From: Calcarisporiella thermophila CBS 279.70
Taxonomy: Eukaryota > Fungi > Calcarisporiellomycota
Length of the DNA: 64,000 bases
NCBI RefSeq assembly: GCF_041956535.1
Contig: NW_027192193.1
Span: 797,192-861,191, forward strand
Direction of reading: 5' to 3'
Position numbers and translations under genes: made by a program. This document shows positions 12,664-24,100 of this stretch, piece by piece (positions within the stretch are counted from its first letter, which is position 1; each line of letters starts with the position of its first letter). The notes under the pieces are model-generated. The model made no database searches. It saw only the letters and a program-made list of their open reading frames with translations, and was not told where the DNA came from.

Positions 12664-14373
12664 TCAATTGTCCTTACACATTATCTGCCTTGCAACCGCG
12701 GGCACACCATTAGCCAAGACGAAAAGCCAATGATTTCCTGGTGGGAAGAGGTTTGCATTGGGAGGGGCTTCCACAACCAGCTCTAGTAGTTGCGGCTGTG
12801 AATAAACTGCCCCTCGCACTGCAGCTCTCAGCCATATCTGGCGCTGGCTCATGTGCGTAGAGTGAGTGGAAAACCCTATATTAGCCAATACGACGCGCAA
12901 TTCTGTGGGTGTATCCGCCGACCCGATATCAACGTTGATAATAAAATGTTCACCGTAGTTAATAACTTCAGGATATGCAACAAGAACCGGTCGAGGCCGA
13001 TTAGTAAGGAGGTAATCTGGAATGAAGGCCTCCACACGGAACTCTGTCTCCTTTGAGATACGAGAGTGAGGATTTGATCCGGCGACCCAGACTCGACCAT
13101 CCGGCAAAAGCATCGCGACGGAATGATACATCCGGGGAATATCACTAGGCATCAATTTCTCAAAACGCTGACCTTCAGGTTCGCGCCATCTGTAGAGAAC
13201 GGGGACGAGTTGTGGGGATTGAGCATTTGAATATCCTGCAAATCCTTGCTGAGCTCCATTTGCAATATGTACATTGCTATCTGCAAGCAATGTCATATCC
13301 GGCATAGTGCGACGATTTGGCATCTTCTCCATGTGCCACTCTGGGTGGTCGTCAAGCGGTGTTATACGGGCACAGGTGTCATCACTTTCAATGGTCCGTT
13401 CCATAGCGCTTACACCTCCGCACACCAGGATTTCTGCTCGGTAATTATCATCGGGATTGAGAGGCAAAAGAACTGAACCTCCCGTGAGTGGATAAGTGCG
13501 TGGCACACCTGGGACTTGAGGCAGTTCACGCACAGTCGAATGCTTCTGGTAGTCATATAATACTGCGTCCTTGTTAGATAGAATGAAAAGATTGCCATTG
13601 GGGAGTACATGCACTTGTGGGTATAGGTTGTAGGGTATAGTAGTGCGTAGAATCGGCAACTCATAGTTAGGTTCATCTTCTGGCTTGCGAGGATAAAATT
13701 CATAGGTTGGATTATTGTACATGGCTGATACCGCGCCTTGACCCTTTGTGCTGCCACCAACAATCATAACTCTGCCATCCGGGAGTGTGAGGGAAGATGC
13801 ATACCAGCGTTTGCTACTAAGGCGAGCGCCTTTGGGACCTTCGGTGAACTCACAAGAGCCATCTGAACAGGGCGTGAAAATGCGTATGCTCTGTAATCCA
13901 TCCCCGGCAGGTAGCTCTTCCTCGTCTCTTATCTGCATCTCTCCGCCAGATTCAACCAAAGTTCCATCGCCTACAAAACAAAACCCTCAATAAACGACTT
14001 GGTTGTGCCGAGAGTTTTTGTATTCCATACCCAAAAATGAACCTGAAGAGCAGAAGCTATTGGTCAAGAGCCGTAGAGGACGCGCTTGGTTAGTTTTGAG
14101 GTCGTATTCAGATCCCCACGCAAATGACCCGTCGTCAAACGTAAGTTCGGATGGCTCAGCTACGCCAAAAGTGCAAAAAACATCAATTTATATTGAACGA
14201 TGAGAAGTTTAGCTGAAGTCTTTACCCTTGTCAATAATAACGATTTTATCCTCTGTGGTCAAAACAGCATGCATTGCTGGGACTCCTGTCCTCCCAATCA
14301 CTTCCCACTTGCCACCCTGCGCTGACGCAAACGGTAGAGCAAGAATAATCACACTAATACATATTGCGCGCAT
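12664..14373 (-). CDS. Secreted copper radical oxidase (glyoxal oxidase-like, CAZy AA5_1)
   Basis: Signal peptide MRAICISVIILALPFASA. Active-site motifs NSFCSSG (Cys), RWYAS (cross-link Tyr), RMYHS (Tyr/His) and GFSTHS (His). C-terminal Ig-like domain (PPNANLFPPG); two introns. Confidence 0.93.
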
Positions 14374-14859
14374 TATCTGAGGTAGAATAAGTTAGGTATT
14401 GAAACGAGATTAAAGAGAGGAGGGGACTATAATTCTGAATGCTGATGTGATGGAGTGTTTGTCTCGATACTCCAGCAATGCAATAAAAAAAAATAAAATA
14501 AAATGAGAGAATAACAACAAACAATCAAGAGAAGAAGGGGTTGGCAGGCGTGTGGGGCGGTCGCACGATGTAGTTGAAATGGTGAGAGATGCCTAAAGGA
14601 AGAGAGAGAGATATTAATTATTCGGGAATGTAAATTAAAAGTAATTCTTGTACAACAAATATGCATTCATTCAGACCAAGTATGGTAGCTGAGAGAAAAT
14701 CGGGTAAATCTGCAAAATCAAAAAATGCACAGATGTATTTCAGGTCAAGAATTAGAGTGTCTTTATTGTCGCAGGATTATATACACAAGGAAGTAAGCAA
14801 ACATTATAAAATATCTAAAGAGATGAGGGGAACAACAAAGATTACAAAAAGACGTGATA

Positions 14860-16329
14860 TCACCGGAGACGAAGTGGAGGTTCTCGTTCAGGTATCTTTC
14901 CAAATTCAAAGGTTTCACGGGTGAACGCTTCCAATTCTTCAGTGCTCAAATTCTTTTCATCTTCTCCAGGGGGTAGATTCACTGATCCAATTCCAGCTGC
15001 CATTCCAAACAGTCCGCCACCTCCATTAGGCCCAAGCGTAGAACCACCACCCCCTCCAAAAGCACTCTGGCTTTGGCCGAAAGGCGATGTACCTGATGCC
15101 CCGGTGCCAAAGACACTTGTGCCCCCACCTGTATTGCCGGTGTTTAGTGTTTGACCAAATGCAGTTGGAGTTGGTTGTCCAAATACCCCAGCTGTTCCTA
15201 TACTACCAAAAGTTGAAGGGCCGGAGATGTTTCCTCCAAAGGATGATCCGAACGGGCTAGCTGAGGCCAAGTTCGATGTTTGTCCGAATGCGGAAGGCTG
15301 CTGCTGCTGTTGTTGTGGCGGTGGTTGCTGTGGAGTTCCAAAGGCGCTAAATGGAGATTGTGATGCACCTCCGCCGAATGATGATGGTTGTCCAAATACT
15401 GATGTGCTCGTTTGGTGACCCATCGTGTTGCCAAAAGCGGACGTCCCACCGAATAGTGAAGACTGTGTTGTCGATAATGGTGCCGTAGAATTGAATACCG
15501 AACCTCCAGTAGATGTGTTTCCAGCTCCAGCACCAAATACACTTGGTTGAGGCTGACCAAATACCGACGGTTGACCTCCAACAGATGTCGCACCCGTACT
15601 TCCCAAATTTCCTTGTTGTTGGGACTTCAATTGATTTATATGCTGAATTGCCGCTCCAGGGTTGTTAACTACATTTGCTACCTGAGCTTCCATATTGTTG
15701 GAAAGTTGTTGCATTCCAGCTTGCTAAATACAAGATTTAGTTATATTCCTACGGGAGTGATGAAATTCAATCAAAAGAAATCTTTACATATTGCATATCA
15801 TTGCCTGTTAATTTCACACTGTTATAATATTCCAAACGTGATTCCTCCGGCGAAAAATCTGTGTTTTCAATGAGATTAGGCTCGTGTTTGGCAGGGCCAT
15901 AGCATGATAATTTCCACACAGGACGATCTTTCGTTAAATCTTCTCTAAGTGATTCATTTCTAGAACAAGTGGCACATAGTCATTGTGCATTGGTTAGCAA
16001 TGTATAAGTATATCAAAAAAACGAATTAAGCTTTTACGTTGCAGCGGTCATCGATTTGGTGCTTGCTTGATTTTGACCAGAACGACCAAAAGCACCGCCA
16101 CTGCCCCATCCGCCGCCAGATTTCCCCCCTCCGCCGCCGAATCCTGTAGAGCCTGTTGATAAAAGGTTATAGCTCGACGCTAATTTATTTCGCCAATCAA
16201 ACTTTATATACCAAAACTGCTTGTGTTGAGACCACTACTACCAGCATTGGGATGCTCATTTCTGCATCGATCCCCAAAATAGCAACGACCTTGGAGAAAG
16301 AATTTGCATACTTGACCGGATCCTCCCAT
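14860..16329 (-). CDS. NUP42: FG nucleoporin Nup42/NUPL2(hCG1)/Amo1 with N-terminal CCCH finger
   Basis: [19 protein letters not shown], then the WKLSCYGP region, many SVFG/SAFG/PFG repeats and the C-terminal [12 protein letters not shown] motif. Confidence 0.9.
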
Positions 16330-16523
16330 TAATTTTTCTATTTACAATTTTAAAAACTCGAGTAATCAGTCAGATCCAAAGAAATTTATCTTAGTACTTA
16401 GTGCATAGAAGACAAATAATCACACATGAGACGCAGCAATTTAGCTCCGAATCTATATTTCGATAGTTCTTTTCTCATAGTCTCTCTTTACCCTCGCTTC
16501 GTCAAGCATTTCTTGACGTCAAA

Positions 16524-18535
16524 ATGACATTGCTACGTAAGCTGCAGCTAGCCACGCGTTTGATTCTCTTCATAGCCTTTCTACCTCTCACAGCCCCTGT
16601 ATCATTTACATTCATTGGTGAGTCTATCAATTATTCAGCGATGTAAAATTTCTTTCGAATTTTACCGACGATACATTGAATTTTTTGCGTACCCGTTCTA
16701 TTGAGTCACTTACATCCTAACTTTATATCATTATACATAGTCTATTCCTATTTATCCTCTTGGATTCTCTATTTTGTCTACCGTAAGTAGACGATTTTTT
16801 TTGTCTTGGAATAGTCTTGCTTTCTCATTCTAATTTTTCTTTATAACTTAAATTCAAATTTCAATGCCTCATAAAATTAGTCCACCGTCCCAGTGGAAAT
16901 ATTGTATTGCCAATTTATCCTCACCGAACGCTCAGAGTTGGCCTTACATCCCTTGAATATCTATGGGATATTGTAACCAATCCTGGGTGGGGCGTCTTTG
17001 CAGACTATCTCTATAATCTTATAAATGGTCAGGGCCCAATCGTATATAGAGTGGAGTATGAATATCATTCATAATTTACATTGGCGAGATTATACATATC
17101 ACCATACTAATAACTCGATTTTTATTAAACAGGAAAGATAAGCTCTATAATTCTCCTAACGGTAAAAGGCTAGATATATACTTTAGCGAGAGCACCTTGG
17201 CTGGCGCACAAACACTCTCTCCTGTGTTGATTTTTGTCCAAGGCCCTATGTGGAGGACTAGTAGTAAAGCGACCGCACTTCTGGTAGCTAGATTGCTTGC
17301 TCAACACAATTACACCGTAGTAGTTCCAGATATAACCCTCTTCCCAGAAGTAATTAAGCAGTTATTCAATATTACGCTTATATCAGATAGTATCACTATT
17401 CATATTAATTCACAATTCAAACGCTATAGGGCAATATAACCGATATGGTCAAGGATGTACAAAGCTGTATTCATTGGGTTCATCGTAACATTAGGTAATA
17501 TATTTCGAAAATAGAATGAGCAAGTGTACTTGACATCTATGATCTAATCATAATTCAATCTTGTTTTCAAAGGTATCATGGAGGCGATCCTTCGCAGGTG
17601 TACATTGTTGGTGCTGGAGCTGGTTCACACATTGCAGCGTTAACCATTATTCATGATGCCCTACGACACTCCCTAAAACTAGGTGGACAAGAGCAAGCTT
17701 CTGCAATAGCTGTTAATAAGAGCGTCCCCAGAAACGAGAATAGCAAGCCAATAGAACGAGGGCGAAAACGTCGACTCCTAGTACCACCTTGGGATCAATC
17801 AAAGCCTACTGCACATCCAAGGGTTCAAGGAATGGTGCTGTAAGTATACGATTTTACAATGGTAGTAATTCGAATCCAATGCAATATATTCGATTAGGTT
17901 TTCTGGTGTCTACGACTTAAATGAACACTTGGATTATCTTTGTAATAAAGGTAGGAATAAGCAACAGTATTCACTCTTGCTATATATAAGTTGCTAACCT
18001 TTTTACGAACTATCCAGGCTTGGAAGAAATTCATGCGATGGTCCCAGCAATGGGTGAGATTGCCATTCTTTAGATTCCATTTTATAATGAAATTGTTGAT
18101 TCTCTTTTATGTTTAGGAGGGGATCCTGACTATTTTTCCGATTTCTCGCCAAAGCTCCTCCTAGAGAAATATCTCTCACTCCTAGAAGATAATCCAACCT
18201 TAAAAAATCTACTTCCCCCGCGCTGGCTGTTAATACACGGAGATCATGTAAGGAATTCGGTTGAACTGTTCTCTTCTCTTTCGTCTCAACGGCTTTCGCA
18301 TTAGGATGCCATGACACCGTTCTCATCGACTATTAGAATGCACGCCATACTTAAACAGGCGAACCTTCCTTACACCGACGTAAAATTATACCCCATGCAT
18401 CGACATATGGTTCCACAATACTTAATGATATCTCCTACCCACCCTGTAAGCCAAAGAATTTTACAGGATTTGGATGCCGTTTTTCGTCATCCATCGCAGT
18501 CCGAACAAGTTCAGAAAAAGGACCTCAAGTCGTAA
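16524..18535 (+). CDS. Membrane-anchored alpha/beta hydrolase-fold protein (isoprenylcysteine methylesterase/HSL-like), catalytically degenerate
   Basis: Hydrophobic N-terminus; RLDIY, PVLIFVQGPMW, VVVPDITLFP, GGDPSQVYIVGAGAGSHIA, FSGVYDL, LIHGDH|DAMTP. The frame stays intact across canonical introns. Confidence 0.8.
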
Positions 18536-18863
18536 TTTTTGACTTTAGTTTTGAATAGCACCGTGGATTGCTCGTTTAATTTGCGCGTTAATTTGGGATT
18601 ATTTGACTTTTGCTTGTATTATAACCAATGTTTTTGTAATATTCCCTATATTATTTCACGGATTCACTCTCGATATCGCTAGTCATTTCTTTGGAATGAA
18701 AACGAATTTTTATGCTATACTACGACATATTTCTTTATTGTTTAAATATTAATGTGCTACTAGCTAAATTGGAGTGATAACTGACTCCTTGTACATTTCG
18801 CAGTAGAGTTTATTGTATCCAGGTATTAAACGCGACCAGCGCCTGCCAACCTGGAAAATGTAT

Positions 18864-20067
18864 TTAGTTATGGCGGTGATATTGACCACTGGATGCTTCT
18901 CCTGGAGGAGTGTTGGGTTTCTTCTTAGGCTTCTTGCTCTTATTTTTACTCTGGGCTGATGCACCGCCACGGCAGACCCTTGCTGGCTTGCGATTGTTGA
19001 AGTGCTGCTTACCATGAGCTACAATAGCGTATAGTTTAATATAGAATATTGTAACAAGAAAATTGATATAATTACTAGGATCTTGAGAGAACTCTGGAAT
19101 AGTGGGATAACCTGGATAATTCAGAACCACCTGTTCCAAACCGTCCATGCAAGATTGGGCAGGACCTTATGAATAAAAAAAAAAGGAATTGTGAGGTTGG
19201 ATTGGGGAAGAACATTCGTAGCTCGCATACCATCGATGTTAACATCAGCGCAATTCTTGTGAGTAAAAAAAATCGATGGAAAGAGAAATTTGAGCTAGGA
19301 TGAGTAATACGCTCAAGAGCAAGCTGGATGATATAACATACCATATAGTATTCCCGGTTCCCGATGGCGTTCACCCAAGTCCATACAAAAGCTATTATAA
19401 TAGAGGGTGTGCTCGTTGAGCAAGAGAGTAATGAAAAATTGACTGCTATTAGAAATAACTCAACCTGCTTTGCCATTGGGAGCAGTGCTCGGAATCGTCA
19501 CAGTGTAATTCTTGGAAAGCGGGCACTCATCGAAGATGGTATGGAATACCACAAATTGGCCGTTATCATACTGGAGAGCAAACTGGCAATGCCCTGGTTG
19601 GGCAATTGATAATTATTAGTCACGATTGTAATTATTCTCGATGTGTAGACTGTCGAAGCCGTACCTCCACCATGTGTAGCGCTTCCTGCGAGCTGAACTT
19701 TTAATGAAGACCCCGCCTTGAAGGTAAACTCAGCAGGACCAACAGGGAAGCCTCGGCAAGGGTAGGGCCACTTTAACAGAAAATTATTCGATTTTGTGCC
19801 TATGTTTGGAATTGAGTAACTAATTCTTCTCGTTACCTGAGAGGGATTAAGCGGACTATTCATGTTATAATCTATATTCCCGTTTTTGCGATAATATCTG
19901 AATGCAATGAGGTTTTATGTGGGTGCACTAAGAGGATCGAAATCAATAAGTGCTTACTCGCTATATTTGCTTCTGCGAGGTGGTGGAAAAGCCATCTCCA
20001 TATGCGCCAAGGTAATGGACGTGATCACCAAGAGAGTAAGGGGAATAAAGAGGAGCTTTGAGATCAT
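18864..20067 (-). CDS. Lytic polysaccharide monooxygenase, AA11-like (chitin-active family)
   Basis: Signal peptide followed by His1 (TLA-HMEMAFPPPR); YPCRG, GSATHGGG|HCQFALQYD (second His), WTWVNAIGNREYYM|NCAD (axial Tyr); Lys-rich C-terminal tail. Confidence 0.9.
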
Positions 20068-21137
20068 TTTCTTAAAAGGATTGAGAATTAAGGATTGGCT
20101 GTTGCAAGAGTAGTGTTAATTTTTTATAGCACGAACTCGTTCATGGCCATTGTTTAAATACTTACGGTTCCATTAATATTTGCTCACAAATCCCCATAAA
20201 TTTTTCTACTTCACACGTTAATTGTCTTGATTTTTCCCTTTTTCTCTCTTTTCTGTTCCTTTCTTACCTCAGCTTTTCTTCCATGATAAATTACATTTAG
20301 AGATAACCGATTCCAGTATATGAGTTGAATACAACTAGTGATTCATGCAATGATCCCCAATGCAACTAGGATCGCCGTAGATAAGAAACTCCACACATAT
20401 ACATTATCTATTTTATATATTACAATACGGCAAGAAACCATTAATGGGATGCATCTATAGTGAATGTCAGACAATCCGACTTTCATAATTAGAGTTACAT
20501 GACATGAAATGAAAATCCTGAAATTGATTATGTAAATTGGGGGCGACACATTTGAAGGCTGAACGCGAGATACGTAAGATTATGACGGATAGAATTTTGG
20601 ATAACGAAAAGGCTGGAATTGGAAATGGAAAGAAATTTTCGTAATAGAAAATAACATGATGGCAATATATAGCTGAATGGCCTGGAGAGAGAATTGTGAT
20701 GGGATAAAATGCGGGGTATATTTTACCCTAAAGTTTAGATAAAACGGACCAGTCTTCAGTGCGGATAGCCTCGACTATACATGGAGTTCTCCGCTATACA
20801 AATTATTAATATCTTATCGTGGTTCTCTCAATCTCTTTGCTCTATAAAGGGTTAGGGACTTCAATGAGTTGCTTAATTTTACATAAGTACAACCCATTTT
20901 CTCCTCTGAAATCTATATGTTAACGTCAGAATTTTTAAGGTGGATAGGACGATGCCTTTTTTTTGTGGCGAAATTAAATGTTAAGTGAAGAGTTTTATAT
21001 GATAAAAAGTAGAATTTGCAAAGTACACTGATAGTCATATATCACAAGTTGACAATGTATAGGATTTGAAGAGGGGCTCGTTACAAAGTGATAAGATTGA
21101 ATAGCACGAAATTATTATAGTTAACTTTGTCCACCTT

Positions 21138-24100
21138 TCACGATAGCGTTTCCTCCGGTATGTGTCTGCGCACTAGTCCCTTTGGCCCACACGCATAAAT
21201 GCACTCATTGAATTTGCGCAGTTGCATCACACCATACCATTTACCCTAATCAAACAAACTTTGAGCATGGACTCTACCCACTAAGTTTTTTCATAATAGC
21301 ATACCGGCATATTCTCAAATCCATGGGTTAGGAATCGATTTCTCGCTTGTACCTCGGGCCATACTACAAATTCCTCCAAAGTTCCCGAATTCCAAAACTT
21401 AATATCGCCTTCGGATGAACTCGTTATCACTAAGTCCCGAGAATCATCTACCACCAACGAGCGGATGCGCGCCGCATGCGCAGGGAATGTGTTGATCAAT
21501 TTGCGTTGACGGACATCCACCACGCACAACTCACCATTCTTTCCGCCAGAAAAGAGAGCTTGCCTGCGAGAAGAAAACGCAACTGATTGTGCGCCATGGT
21601 CAAGAGCGGTAATGCCAGCAATCATGGCACGATGAGTCGGTAGAAGCGTATCCCAAATGCAAATATTGCTAAAGATTATGTTAACAAATGTCCTTTGAAA
21701 TTAAAAAACTTTCATCTACATACTTTTCATTGACCGATTGACCAACGGTGGCAATAAGACTATTGGAATCAAGGAATGCAAAATCATACGCGCTTCGGGA
21801 GTGGCACTGAATACTCTATAAATCGTTTAAGAGAAATTAAATAAAGCAGTAAATTCTTAATAATAAGGGAAATTACTAGGAAAGGGCGGTTATGATTTTG
21901 TCCTGATTCGACTCGCCAAAGGTTTAATATCCCTTTCTTACTCGTCGCGCCCAATTTTTGGCCAAACGAGTCGAACTGAACACTATAAAATGCAAATTGG
22001 TTTAAAAAAGGGGTAATTCCTGAGATACCCCATTAAAGCTTACCGGGTTATTCTGCCTTCAGATCCATAATATGACATAAGCTCTCTTGATTGTTGGAAC
22101 TGCCAGAGCTTAGCGCAAGGTTGATTTACGGCCGCATCAAAACCAGTTATATCTTTGGAGTTAAGATGAATGTCAAGCTGAAGCTCAAAAAAAAAGGGTA
22201 TATCAGGGGATACTCACAAAAAGGAAATGTAGGGTGGCTCTCTACGCAGGTAACAGAAATTTTTCTTCTGAGTAACTCATTTTGACTATCCAGAGCTTCA
22301 GCTGGGGAAGCAGATCGATGGTGACCTAAAATATCAAGCTTATGTATAAGTAAATTTTCTGCAACTCTTTACAAGAGCAAAGCTTGCCTTTGGAAAACAA
22401 TGAGTTATAAGAACGTTTTACAGCTTGCTGCAAATTTTCGAAACTCAAATTCCGGCCAATGTTTCCCGAATATGGCCGCTCTAGATGTTGCCCTTGTTGG
22501 TGATTTTCTTGCCGAGTAAGTGCTTGAACGCGAAGATCGGGTGCCTTTTCGCCCAGGCGCCGTGTTTCTTCAGTATCGGAGGCCCCAGGCGATATTCCTT
22601 CGGATTCGCCGGTGTCCGAGTCAAATTCTGACAGAAGCTCAGATTCTCTCTCAACCGTTAGTTTCGATTTATCCTAAGAGGGGTAATAATAAAAATTAAT
22701 TAGAGAGAGAAACATATTTTGCGGTTCTGTATGTACCGGAACTCTTGCCAATTCTTGGTTCAGATCAAGTTCGATAACATGTGAACGCGTGGCAACCACC
22801 ATAGTCGCGTCCGTCTAATAGAATGGAATTAGTGCTTCCTCCTTCAATGGTGAATATGAGACAGTAGACATGCCTGACTAAAGCAGAACGAGTGCAAAAC
22901 ATTCGCAGGCTTAAATATAACTTCTAGTTGTTCCTCTGCATTGCTCACTACTATTTCGGGTGCAGATATGCTTGACTCAGGGGCCGAAAGAAAAGGCAAA
23001 AGCTTCTCCACATCCGTTAACGTGCATAGAGACTGTAAATATCTTGCCTGCTCCTGACGAGAAAAGTAGCGCATAACATCTAATTCACCACATATTCGAG
23101 TTAGAGGAATACCAAATATTACAGATGGAGCTTTTGGAACCTTTGACTGTGCCCTCGCTCATTACTTCGTATGCACGAGTATTACCGATCTTTTGCATCA
23201 ATACTTTAGACGTAAAGATCAACGGCTCCAAGAATCCGGTCAGAATAAAGCCCTTCAATTCGTCTAAAATTGGAAAAAAATTCATATTACCGAAAATGAG
23301 TGACAATTTTAAAATGAATATGAATGTAGTTCGGTATTATACCCGAATGAGCGCAAGCTTCACCATAGAATAACGACTCGATCGTAAGTATCATATAATT
23401 TACTGTCGCTAGTTCGAGGACCACATCTGCAAGAGTTGCCTCCTCCAAACTAACCATTTTATCATCAAACTCGAAATCGCTAAAGGGATCCTCAATCGCT
23501 TGCAAATCGACCTAGAAGAAAATAATCTGGTCAATTTGAGGTCTTTTCAAACGGGAATACATTGGTAGTTACAAGTTCCGTGCTACTCTCTAAAATTTCT
23601 TGCACCAATGATCTTGCATTTGTACCATTCTCGCTAAATTGAGTCCACAGCAAATGAAATCTCTTCATGCATGCCCATGTGTCTTGATACTCATTCAGGT
23701 GTATAGATGTCAAGCAGAGGGTAAAAAAGCTCGAAAGGCCGACATGGGCAAGAGATCTGTCTCGGTATACCTGCCGGACCACCGGTTCCCAGAGAGGTAG
23801 TGTTGATAACACATTTCGCGCCCAAGATTTCAAATGAATTGTGAGACCTCGATCCCAATGATCATCTATGCGTAATCGGACCGCTAGATATATCAGTCTG
23901 TAGCACCCTTTTAGAAGCATGGCAGCAAATTTCGTTGCATCGACCGATTCAATGATCCCATGGCTAAACATTCTTGCCAGCAACCCGTAGTCATCCTCCT
24001 CCGTACATTTAGCAACAAGAATACGATCTACATCTTCAGGGAGAAATTGCAAGGTGCCACACAAGGTATCAAGACTACGGTTTAGATGGCTCAGGTGGTC

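Noticed and set aside
20848-20858. AGGGTTAGGG as a telomerase RNA template or telomere seed
   Set aside because: A single 10-nt match is expected by chance in 64 kb, and no supporting structure is visible.
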